Part shown: piece after piece, positions 49,302 to 58,050 of the stretch
How positions within the stretch are numbered: position 1 is the first letter of the stretch
Layout of the letters: each line of letters starts with the position of its first letter
Assembly: GCA_001770655.1 (NCBI GenBank)
Contig: MERQ01000025.1
Coordinates: 5,753-69,752, forward strand
From: Betaproteobacteria bacterium RIFCSPLOWO2_12_FULL_68_20
GTDB lineage: Bacteria > Pseudomonadota > Gammaproteobacteria > Burkholderiales > SG8-39
Direction: 5' to 3'
DNA: 64,000 nt
Notes under the pieces: model-generated
The model's database searches: none
The model's input: the letters and a program-made list of their open reading frames with translations, nothing else
Told to the model about the DNA's origin: nothing
Made by a program: the position numbers and the translations under genes

Positions 49302-50297
49302 ATGGGAGCCCTGGGCACCGCGATCCTCGTCTTTCTCGTCAGCTCCACGTTCGTGATCATGGCCGGCGTCGGGCTCGCCCGCTTCGGCGACGCGCTGGCG
49401 GAAGCGACCGGCTGGGGCAAGCTCTGGGTGGGTACCTTGCTGGTAGGCATCGCGACGTCGTTGCCCGAGCTCACGGTCAACGTGTCGGCGGTTTGGCTGG
49501 AGAACAACCCCAGCCTCGCGCTTGGCAACGTGTTCGGCGCCGACATGATCAACATTTTCGTGCTCGCCAGCGCGGCGCTGGTGTTTGGCGTGCCGAATCT
49601 CTTCGGTAAACATGGCCGCGACACGGAACTGCTGATCCTCAGCAGCCTCGGCTTGGTGATCCTCGCGCTTATCTTCGGCGCGCTCGGTGATTTCAAGGTC
49701 CTCGGCCCGGTCAGCGTCGGCGGCCTACTGATCGGCGCCGCCTACCTGTACGGCATGCGGCTCGTGTACCACGCCGGACGCACGCACATGCACCTGGAAG
49801 ACATCCCCGGCCCTACAGGCAGCGCGCGCAACGCCTGGATCGGCTTCGGCATCTCGGTGCTGGTGGTCATCATTGCCGGGCGCTACCTCGCTTCGAGCGC
49901 CGACGCCATCGCGGAAGCCTCCGGCATCAGCGCGAGCTTCATCGGCGTGCTGCTGGTGTCCATCGTGACGACGCTGCCCGAAGCCTCGGTGACGGTGGCC
50001 GCGTCCCTGCGCCGCTCCTACGGCATCGCCATGGGAAACGTCTACGGCAGCAACGCGTTCAACATCGCCATCATCTCCATCGCCGACCTGTTTCACGCCG
50101 AGGGACCGCTGCTGCGCGAAATGCAAAGCGCGCATTTCGCCGCCGCCGGAGCGGCCTTGATGCTGATGACCATGGGCTACCTCGTGTTCAAGAGCTGCCA
50201 GTCGCGGGCCTTCGCCTCGGTGCGGGTCCTCGCGCCCGCCATCCCCGTCGTGTACGTGGGGGCGCTGTACCTTGTTTACACCCTCGGGCAGGCTTGA
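49302..50297 (+). CDS. CaCA-family cation/Ca2+ exchanger (YrbG-like)
   Basis: 331 aa, about 10 TM segments. Alpha-repeats GNVFGADMINIFVL and GNVYGSNAFNIAIISI. Confidence 0.8.
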   Translation: MGALGTAILVFLVSSTFVIMAGVGLARFGDALAEATGWGKLWVGTLLVGIATSLPELTVNVSAVWLENNPSLALGNVFGADMINIFVLASAALVFGVPNLFGKHGRDTELLILSSLGLVILALIFGALGDFKVLGPVSVGGLLIGAAYLYGMRLVYHAGRTHMHLEDIPGPTGSARNAWIGFGISVLVVIIAGRYLASSADAIAEASGISASFIGVLLVSIVTTLPEASVTVAASLRRSYGIAMGNVYGSNAFNIAIISIADLFHAEGPLLREMQSAHFAAAGAALMLMTMGYLVFKSCQSRAFASVRVLAPAIPVVYVGALYLVYTLGQA

Positions 50298-50361
50298 AGC
50301 GGGTCCGGCGCCGTACGTCGCGCCGATGCTCGTCGAGGGCGCGCGGCGCGGCGTTACCGGC

Positions 50362-53019
50362 TCAATCGAGATAGATCCAGCGCCGCCTCACCATCCACTT
50401 CTCGAATTCGACCGCGAAGAACACGATTGAAGGCGCGAAAGTGCAGAACAGCAGCTCGTCGAGATCGAGCGGTTCGGTCTTGAACACCAGGTTGAGCGCG
50501 GGCACGTAGATCACCGCCAGCTGCAGCAGGTAGGTGGCGAGCACCGCGCCGAGCAGCGGCACGTTGGAGGCGAAACCGATCGCGAACACGGATTCGCGCT
50601 CCGTCCGGATCGCGAGCACGTGATAGAGCTGACACAGCGTCAGGACGGTGAACACCATCGTCTGTCAGCGCGGCGAGCCCGTCCCGTAGGCCCATGCCTG
50701 GACGGCGATGCACAGCGCGCCGATCAGCAGGCCGACCCAGACGATGTGCTGCCACATGCCGTGGGCGAAGACGCTTTCGGAGGGGGAGCGCGGCGGGCGG
50801 CGCATGACGCCGGGCTCCGCGCGCTCGCCGGCAAGCGCGAGCCCCGGCAGCCCGTCGGTCACCAGATTGATCCACAGGATCTGGATCGGCGCCAGCGGAA
50901 GCGGCAGCATGAACAGGGGTGCGCACAGGATCGTCGCGATTTCGCCGGCGTTGCCTCCCATCACGAAGCGGATGAACTTGCGGATGTTGTCGTAGATGCG
51001 CCGGCCCTCGCGCACTGCGGCCACGATGGTGGCGAAGTTGTCGTCAAGCAGCACCATGCTCGAGGCTTCGCGCGCCACGTCGGTGCCGGTTTTCCCCATG
51101 GCGATCCCGATCTCGGCGCGCTTGATGGCGGGCGCGTCGTTCACGCCGTCGCCGGTCATGGCGACGAACTCGCCGCGCGACTGCAGCGCCTCGACGATGG
51201 CGATCTTCTGCGCGGGATCGACGCGCGCGTACACCCGGATGTCGCGTACCTGCGCCGCGAATTCGTCGCGCGCGAGCCGCGCCATCTCCGGGCCGGTGAT
51301 CGAGCGCGCGCCCTCGGCCAAGATGCCCAGCCGCGCCGCGATGGCGCGCGCGGTGGCCGGATGGTCCCCGGTCACCATCACCGGGGTGATCCCCGCGGAC
51401 TTGCACAGCGCAACCGCCTCCGCCGCCTCGGGCCGCGGCGGATCCATCATCCCGGCGAGGCCAAGGAACACGAGCCGCGTCTCGACCTCCTCTGCCGAGA
51501 GCACCGAGGGCGCCGCCGGCCAGCGCCGGAAGGCGAAGGCGATCACGCGCAGCCCGTCCGCCGCCATGCGCTCGGCCTCGGCGAGGATCGGCGCGGCCGC
51601 GACAGGAACCTGCGCGCCGCGCGCCAGCATCTCCCGGCACTGCTCCACCACCCGCTCCGGCGCGCCCTTGGTGAAGGCGATCACGCCTTCGGCGTCCGCG
51701 TGGAAGGTCGTCATGCACTTGCGGTCCGAGTCGAATGGAAGCTCCGCGAGGCGCGGGTGCTCGGCCTCCACCGCCGCCTTGAGCACTCCATGTTCGCCCG
51801 CAGCGAGGAGCAGGGCGACCTCGGTCGGATCGCCGATTTCCCCGCCGTCGTGCGCGATCCGGGCGTCGTTGTTGAGCGCCATGGCGCGCAGCAGCAGCGG
51901 CCGCGCTTCCGCGTCGGCGTGGAGCGCCTCGACGCGCATGCGGTTCTGCGTGAGGGTGCCGGTCTTGTCCGAGCAGATGTACGTGACCGAGCCGAGGGTC
52001 TCGACCGCGGGCAGGCGCCGGATGAGCGCGTTCTTGCGCACCAGCTTGTAGGCCCCGAGCGCGAGCGAGATGGTCACCACGGCGGGCAGCGCTTCGGGGA
52101 TCGCCGCCACCGCGAGGCTCACCGCGGTGAGGAACATGAGCATCAGCGGCTCGCCGCGCAGTACGCCGAACGCGAACACCAGCGCGCAGATCGCGAGCGC
52201 GGCGAGCGCGAGGCTGCGGCCGAAGCGCTTCAGCCGGCGCTGCAGCGGCGTGTGCGCCTCGCCTTCGGCCGAGAGCAGCGCCGCGATCCCGCCGAGCTCG
52301 GTCTGCATGCCGGTGGCGACGACGATGCCGCGCCCGCGGCCGTAGGTCGCGACCGTGCCCTTGTACGCCATGTTCCTGCGGTCGCCGACGGGCAGTCCGG
52401 GATCGGCGAGCGCCGCGACGCCCTTCTCCACCGGCACGGACTCGCCCGTGAGCGCCGCCTCCTCGGCCTTGAGCGCCGCCGCCTCGACGATGCGCAGATC
52501 CGCCGGCACGGCGTCGCCGGCCTCGAGCACCACCAGGTCACCCGGCACCAGCCCGGCCGCCGGAATGACGCAGACCGCGCCGCCGCGCACGACCTTGGCG
52601 CTGGTCGCGGACAGCTGCTTCAGCGCCGCCATCGCGCGCTCGGCGCGGTACTCCTGGACGAAGCCGACGATGCCGTTCAGCACCACGATCGCCAGGATCG
52701 CAATCGCGTCCTGCGGCTCGCCGATCGCGCCCGCGATCACCGCCGCCACGATCAGCACGATGATCATGAAGTCGGTGAACTGGTCGAGGAGCATGCGCCA
52801 GGCGCCGCGGCGCTTCGCTTCGCGGATCTCGTTCGGCCCGTGGCTGGCGAGGCGGGCTGCAGCCTCGGCCGCGGTGAGGCCCTTTTCCAGCGAAGTGCCG
52901 GCGGCGCCGATCACCTCCGCCACCGTCATGCAGTGCCATGCCGGAACGATTTGGCTCGGCTCGGGAGCGGGAACGGGTCTTGCGTTTTTCATAAGGAGGC
53001 TCCGATTGCCTCCGGGCAT
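50362..53019 (-). pseudogene. P2-type cation-transporting P-type ATPase interrupted by one in-frame TGA
   Basis: [32 protein letters not shown]. Track ORFs 50665..53019 and 50362..50658 are in the same frame, separated only by TGA at 50665-50667 (...GTGSPR*QTMVFTVL...). Likely start is 52992 (MKNARPV) or 53019. Confidence 0.7.
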
Positions 53020-53613
53020 TCGTGTGGTTGCAGGCCGCCGGTAAGGAAATCGAAGGCGGAATAGGCCCTCGCCGCCGCCCCGGAACGAGACCTAGGTGAA
53101 CCTCGCGCCCGGTGTGCTTCTCGAGCGCAACCACGATGATCTGGTGTTCCTGCTTGGATCCTGTGCCGCCCAGCTTGAATTTTCCGCCCGCCTTATTTGC
53201 CGCCTCGACGCGTAGTCCCGCGCGGTCTTGTAGGTGAACCTGGCCACCGGATTTGATGCTGTTATTTTCACGTTTCGTGATGGCGGATCGCGTCTGTCAA
53301 CGGCCGATTTTGCCCAAACGCAGGGCTTCTTGACACCATTGACACCGCCAAGCCATTTGCGGTGCCATCCGGCTTGATTTTGAGCGCCATAACTTTATGC
53401 TTTATAGAGGCAAAGCTTGGTTACGTTTGGCGATGGCGTTGACCCCGCCCACCCCATCGAACATGACCGAAAAACGTCAGGCTCCGATCAAGATCGGTGA
53501 TCGTGCTCAGTAGGGGGTATCCGCGTTCACCCAGAGGACGAGTTTGTCCAGCGCCATCGTCGTGACCGGCGATGGGTCCTTGCAGTTGGCTGGTCCTGCT
53601 GGTGGTATACGCG

Positions 53614-54360
53614 CCGTTCCTCAGGCCGTTCTTCGGCACCGTGCCGCTAACGCTGAATGACTGGCTGTTCATGCTGCCGTTCTTCTTCGCCTCGCCGGTC
53701 GCCATGGAGCTGCTCAAGTTCTACTTCCGGAGCCGGGCGGCAAGCACGGAAGCAGCGCAGGCCCCGGTGTCTGGCGCACCCGTCGCCCGCTTTGCGCAGC
53801 AGGGCGCAAGTCTCGCATCGATCTCGCAGCAATTCGCAGGAGGGAACGTCATGCTAAAGGTGCTTGTCCCGATCGACGGCTCCCGTAATTGCCAGTTCGC
53901 GGTGAAGCATGTCATCAAGGAATTCATGAACAACACGGCGATGGAGATCCACTTGCTGAACGTTCAGCCGCCGTTCAGCAGTTACATCGCTCGCTTTGTC
54001 AGCAGGAAGAACCTCCACGACTACCATCGCGATGAGTCCGAAAAGGCGCTGGGACCGATCAAGCAGATGCTCGACGGCTTCAGCATTCCCTATTCGGCGC
54101 ACGCCGCGGTGGGTGACAGGGCGAAAACCATCACCGAGACGGCCCGCCGCTTGCGCTGCGACCATATCGTGATGAGCACCGCACGCAAGAACTCGCTGAC
54201 CCGGCTGGTCGAAAATTCGGTCACCAACAAGGTGCTCGAAATGACATCGGTGCCGGTCGAGGTGATCGCGGGCGACACAGTGTCGAAGCTCGAGCGCTAC
54301 GGCATTCCAGCCGCTCTCGCGGCGGTGCTGGCCGCTTTGCTGGCCGTCGCAGACTGATCG
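53614..54360. repeat. Direct repeat copy 2: P-type ATPase 3' tail (frame intact) + usp gene
   Basis: Encodes ...VVYAPFLRPFFGTVPLTLNDWLFMLPFFFASPVAMELLKFYFRSR, then usp. Colinear with 47177-47944. No ATPase body lies upstream. Confidence 0.8.
53851..54357 (+). CDS. Universal stress protein family (copy 2)
   Basis: 168 aa MLKVLVPIDGSRNCQFAVKHVIKEF..., about 85% identical by eye to copy 1. Confidence 0.8.
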   Translation: MLKVLVPIDGSRNCQFAVKHVIKEFMNNTAMEIHLLNVQPPFSSYIARFVSRKNLHDYHRDESEKALGPIKQMLDGFSIPYSAHAAVGDRAKTITETARRLRCDHIVMSTARKNSLTRLVENSVTNKVLEMTSVPVEVIAGDTVSKLERYGIPAALAAVLAALLAVAD

Positions 54361-54404
54361 ATTTCGGCGGCGGCTCGAGCGACGCCGAAGCGTTCAGGAC
54401 GCTG
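54356..54404 (+). other. 49-nt fragment homologous to the 3' region of the LLM gene (46229-46274)
   Basis: GATCGATTTCGGCGGCGGCTCGAGCGACGCCGAAGCGTTCAGGACGCTG versus GATCAATTTCGGCGGCTCGAGCGACGCCGAGGCGTTCAGGACGCTG (2 substitutions and a CGG insertion). Confidence 0.6.
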
Positions 54405-54412
54405 CTGCGCCT

Positions 54413-54922
54413 TCAGCCGGGAGGCGGCTGGATTCCGGGCGGCGGCGGAGGAGGCGGCGCTGCCCGGCGCGCTGGGCGCGACTGGCTCATGCTGCCGGCG
54501 ACCGGGACCTTGTGCCCCTTCGCGTACATGCACTGCTGGTAGCTGAAGTCGTAGCGCTGCTGCAGTGTGCGCGCGGAGGCGTTGCCTGCGCCCGCGCCCG
54601 CGATCGCGCCGCCCGCCAGTCCGATTCCCGCGCCCGCGGCCGCCGAGCGGCTGTTGCCGCCGATCGCCGCGCCGGCGAGCCCGCCGACGAGCGCGCCGAC
54701 CGCCGCGCTGCCGAAGCCGGACTCCCCGGCAACCTCGCCCGGTGTCTTGCCGTCGACCTGCGCCCTCGCGTACTGCCTGCAGTCCTGCTCATCAAAGCGG
54801 AACTGGTCGAAGCTCTTGCCTTCGCCGGGGAGCACGAGCACCCCCGGCCCGCTCGGCGTCGTGGCGCAGGCCGCCAGCAACATCGCCGTTGCCGGGACGA
54901 GAATCTTCTTCGCGATATTCAT
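54413..54922 (-). CDS. Glycine-zipper lipoprotein
   Basis: Lipobox LLAAC. GSAAVGALVGGLAGAAIGG...GAGIGLAGGAIAGAGAG glycine zipper. Pro-rich C-terminus. Confidence 0.65.
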   Translation of the reverse strand: MNIAKKILVPATAMLLAACATTPSGPGVLVLPGEGKSFDQFRFDEQDCRQYARAQVDGKTPGEVAGESGFGSAAVGALVGGLAGAAIGGNSRSAAAGAGIGLAGGAIAGAGAGNASARTLQQRYDFSYQQCMYAKGHKVPVAGSMSQSRPARRAAPPPPPPPGIQPPPG

Positions 54923-54929
54923 CGGTTGC

Positions 54930-55280
54930 TCACTGGGACGGCTGCGGATTGACCCGCTGCCAGCCGCCCGGGCACTGCTTCACGTAGGGGTAGTACATCT
55001 TCGCGTCGGGGCAGTAGTACCAGGAGTCCTGCGCCTGCGCGGGCTGCGAATCGCCGCGCTCCACGTAGACGGGCGGAGAAGACTGTACAACGACCGGCGG
55101 ATAGTACGGCTGATAGTAGTAGGGCGGCGGGTAGTAGTACGGGTAGCCGAGCGGCACCCCGAATTGGAAGCCGAAGGTGACGCGCGGGTGACCGCCAAAG
55201 TGGTGCGCCTGCGCGGGAAACGCTGCGGCGGCTCCGAGCGCAAGCCCGCTCAGAACGAAGAAAAGCTTGATCCTGTTCAT
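54930..55280 (-). CDS. Small secreted Pro/Tyr-rich protein with C-terminal CxxxxxxYYPYVxxCPxGW motif
   Basis: ATG at 55280. Signal peptide ...AFPAQA, PYYYPPPYYYQPYYPPVVV, WYYCPDAKMYYPYVKQCPGGWQRV. Confidence 0.55.
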   Translation of the reverse strand: MNRIKLFFVLSGLALGAAAAFPAQAHHFGGHPRVTFGFQFGVPLGYPYYYPPPYYYQPYYPPVVVQSSPPVYVERGDSQPAQAQDSWYYCPDAKMYYPYVKQCPGGWQRVNPQPSQ

Positions 55281-55282
55281 GA

Positions 55283-55552
55283 TCACCGGCTCCGGTAGCG
55301 AGGATACCCGCGCCAGCCGTGCGGACGCACGACGCGCACCGCCGGTGCGTAATAGACCGAATACACCGGCGCCGGCGGGTAGTAGACGACGCGCGGGGAC
55401 GGGTAGTAGTAGTAGACGGGAGGCGGCGGGGCGACGAACACCGGCGTGCCGAAGGTGACGCTGAAGCGCACATGCCCATGGGCGACCGCCGTGCCGCTCA
55501 TCGCCGCGAGCAGGGCACCCGCGAAAACAACGACTTTCAGCCTTTTGCTCAT
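55283..55552 (-). CDS. Small secreted Pro/Tyr/Val-rich (PXPV-repeat-like) protein
   Basis: 89 aa. Signal peptide ...GTAVA, APPPPVYYYYPSPRVVYYPPAPVYSVYYAPAV. Paralogous N-terminal half to the next gene. Confidence 0.55.
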   Translation of the reverse strand: MSKRLKVVVFAGALLAAMSGTAVAHGHVRFSVTFGTPVFVAPPPPVYYYYPSPRVVYYPPAPVYSVYYAPAVRVVRPHGWRGYPRYRSR

Positions 55553-55677
55553 GTCTTGCGTCCTTGCCCGGGCATAACGCCCGAGGCGCCGTTTCGTTTA
55601 GCTTGGATCGCAGGCTACACCCCAAGATTCTCATCTTGGGTAACAGATTGTTACCGGGACCGTCGCGAGCCGGCGAC

Positions 55678-55705
55678 AAAAAAAGGCGCCGCGAGGCGCC
55701 TTTTT
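55678..55705. terminator. Bidirectional intrinsic terminator downstream of the peroxiredoxin gene
   Basis: AAAAAAAGGCGCC-GCGA-GGCGCCTTTTT. Confidence 0.7.
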
Positions 55706-55724
55706 CGAGGCCGGACAGCCGGAG

Positions 55725-56384
55725 CTATCTGGGCTGCTGCACGAGCCGCAGATAGGGTTTCTTGGCGTTCCAGCCCGCCGGAAACTGCTTCTTGGCGTCC
55801 TCGTCGGATACCGACGCCAGGATGATCACGTCCTCGCCCTGCTTCCAGTTCACCGGCGTCGCCACCTTGTGCCTCGCGGTGAGCTGCATCGAATCGAGCA
55901 CCCGCAGCACCTCGTCGAAGTTGCGCCCGGTGCTCATCGGGTAGGTGAGCATCAGCTTGATCTTCCTGTCCGGGCCGATGACGAACACCGAGCGCACGGT
56001 GGCGTTGTCGGCCGCGGTGCGGCCCTTCGCCTCGCCGCTCGCGTTCGGGTGGATCATGTCGTAGAGCTTCGCCACCTTCAGGTCGGAATCCCCGATGATC
56101 GGGTAGTTGGGCGCGGCGCCCTGGGTCTCCTCGATGTCCCTCGCCCAGCGCTCGTGGTCGTCGGTCGAATCGATGCTCAGTCCGATGACCTTGCAGCTGC
56201 GCCTGTCGAACTCGGGCTTCAGGCGCGCCATGTAGCCGAGCTCCGTGGTGCACACCGGCGTGAAGTCCTTCGGGTGCGAGAACAGGATCGTCCACTTGTC
56301 GCCGATCCATTTGTGAAATTCGATCGGTCCTTCGGTCGTCTGCGCCGTGAAGTCCGGCGCTTCGTCTCCTATGCGCAGTGCCAT
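55725..56384 (-). CDS. 1-Cys peroxiredoxin (Prx6 type)
   Basis: 219 aa MALRIGDEAPDFTAQTTEG...FSHPKDFTPVCTTE. ATG after GGAAAGGAGCAGGTC. Tail of the spurious 456-aa track ORF. Confidence 0.9.
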   Translation of the reverse strand: MALRIGDEAPDFTAQTTEGPIEFHKWIGDKWTILFSHPKDFTPVCTTELGYMARLKPEFDRRSCKVIGLSIDSTDDHERWARDIEETQGAAPNYPIIGDSDLKVAKLYDMIHPNASGEAKGRTAADNATVRSVFVIGPDRKIKLMLTYPMSTGRNFDEVLRVLDSMQLTARHKVATPVNWKQGEDVIILASVSDEDAKKQFPAGWNAKKPYLRLVQQPR

Positions 56385-56461
56385 GACCTGCTCCTTTCCT
56401 GGGATGGGGTGCGGATCATAACGCCGGGCAGACCATTCCCGCGACCGGGAATTGGAGCCGC

Positions 56462-57976
56462 TCAGGCGGGCTTTCCGAGTAATTTGCTTATGACCGGCCG
56501 CGAGCCCTCGAGCGCGACCCGTTGCATGTAGAACGCGAGCCCGCGCGGGCCCCCCAGCTCCTCGCCCCCGCCGGCGCGCCCGGGCCCGCCGTGCACCAGT
56601 TGCGGCAGCACCGTGCCCGGCCCCGGCGAAAGCTCGATCTTCGGATGGCCGAGGAAGATCCGCCCGTGGTGCGGCGCGATGCACAGGAACATCTCTTCGA
56701 TCCAGGCCGCGTCGTCGGAATAGAGCGAGCACACCAGGCCGCCGTTTCCTCGCGCCACTATCCCTCCCGGCTCCTGCGCGTAGGGCAGCAGCGAGGCCAC
56801 CGGGCCGAACACCTCGTGCTTGTGCACCGCATCGCCCGGCTCCTCGACGAGCACGGGCGACATGAAAAATCCCTTGGGCGACACAGGCGCCGTGCTGCCG
56901 AAGGCGAGCTTGCCGCCCAGCCGCTGCACGCCTTCGCGCGCATCGGCGAGCTGCGAGGCGGTGGCGAGCGGCCCCATGCGGGTTTCCTCGATCGCGGGAT
57001 TGCCGACCTTGACGCCGGCGAGCAGGCCCGAGATGTCGTCGCGCACTGTCGCGGCGTGCTGCCGCGGCACGAGCACGCGGCGGATCGCGGTGCATTTCTG
57101 TCCCGCCTTCTGAGTCATGTCGCGCACCACGTCTTTCAGAAACGTCTCGTACATGTCGCTCGCCGGCTCGACGTCCGGGCCGAGCACCGCCGCGTTCAGG
57201 CTGTCGGCCTCGACGTTTACGCGAACGGAATGCTCGCTGATGTTTGGAAGCTTCCGAATGGACTTTCCCACATCGCCCGAGCCGGTGAACGCGAGCACGT
57301 CCTGCGCGCCGAGCATCGAGACCAGGTCGCGCGGAGAGCCGACGAGAAGCGACAGCGCGCCCTCGGGCAGCAGCTTGTTCTGGACGATCAGCTCGGTCAC
57401 CCGGTGCGCGACCAGCGCCGAGCTGGTCGCCGGCTTGGCGAGCACGGGCATGCCGGCGAGCAGCGCCACCGCGGCCTTCTCGGCGAAACCCCAGGCGGGG
57501 AAGTTGAAGGCGTTGACGTGCACGGCCACGCCCTGGCGCGGCACCATCACGTGCTGGCCATGGAAGCGCACCGAGCGCCCGAGCTGGATGCCTTCGCCGT
57601 CCATGAGGAAACGCGCGGCGCCGAGCGCAGCGCCGGTCTCGGCGTATGCGAGGAGCGTCTGGATCGCGCCGTCGACGTCGAACTTCGCGTCAGAGCGGGT
57701 GTTGCCGCCGTTGGCGATCCCGAGCTCGAGCAGCTCGTCGCGGTGCGCCTGCATCGCGTCGGCCATGCTCTTCAGGAGCGCCGCGCGCCCTGCAAAGCCG
57801 AGCGCGCGCAGGGCCGGGCCGCCCGCCCGCCGCGCGTGGGCGAGCGCCGCGGCGAGGTCGATGCCCTCGCTGCTCGCGCGGGCGAGGGGCTCCTCGGTGG
57901 CGGGGTTGAACAGGGTCTGCGGCGACCCTGTGCCGGCGACCCAGCGGCCTTCGACGTAGCTGCGCAGTTCCTGCAT
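56462..57976 (-). CDS. PaaZ-N/BoxD-like aldehyde dehydrogenase (3,4-dehydroadipyl-CoA semialdehyde dehydrogenase candidate)
   Basis: 504 aa. [31 protein letters not shown] and [17 protein letters not shown] motifs of the PaaZ/BoxD ALDH clade. No MaoC domain. Confidence 0.75.
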   Translation of the reverse strand: MQELRSYVEGRWVAGTGSPQTLFNPATEEPLARASSEGIDLAAALAHARRAGGPALRALGFAGRAALLKSMADAMQAHRDELLELGIANGGNTRSDAKFDVDGAIQTLLAYAETGAALGAARFLMDGEGIQLGRSVRFHGQHVMVPRQGVAVHVNAFNFPAWGFAEKAAVALLAGMPVLAKPATSSALVAHRVTELIVQNKLLPEGALSLLVGSPRDLVSMLGAQDVLAFTGSGDVGKSIRKLPNISEHSVRVNVEADSLNAAVLGPDVEPASDMYETFLKDVVRDMTQKAGQKCTAIRRVLVPRQHAATVRDDISGLLAGVKVGNPAIEETRMGPLATASQLADAREGVQRLGGKLAFGSTAPVSPKGFFMSPVLVEEPGDAVHKHEVFGPVASLLPYAQEPGGIVARGNGGLVCSLYSDDAAWIEEMFLCIAPHHGRIFLGHPKIELSPGPGTVLPQLVHGGPGRAGGGEELGGPRGLAFYMQRVALEGSRPVISKLLGKPA

Positions 57977-58050
57977 GGCGAGGCTCCCTTTTGCGTTTCG
58001 GCAGGAAGGATACTAAAGTAGCGACCGAGATTGTTTGGGGTCCAAACAAA

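Noticed and set aside
50665-50667. TGA in the ATPase as selenocysteine or programmed recoding
   Set aside because: No SECIS-like hairpin follows. The position is a Trp in the related pumps I recall, and it lies in a TM segment where Sec makes no sense. A nonsense mutation or sequencing error is more parsimonious.
50620-53064. 814-aa plus-strand ORF
   Set aside because: It is antisense to the P-type ATPase and has no motifs. It is a GC-frame artefact.
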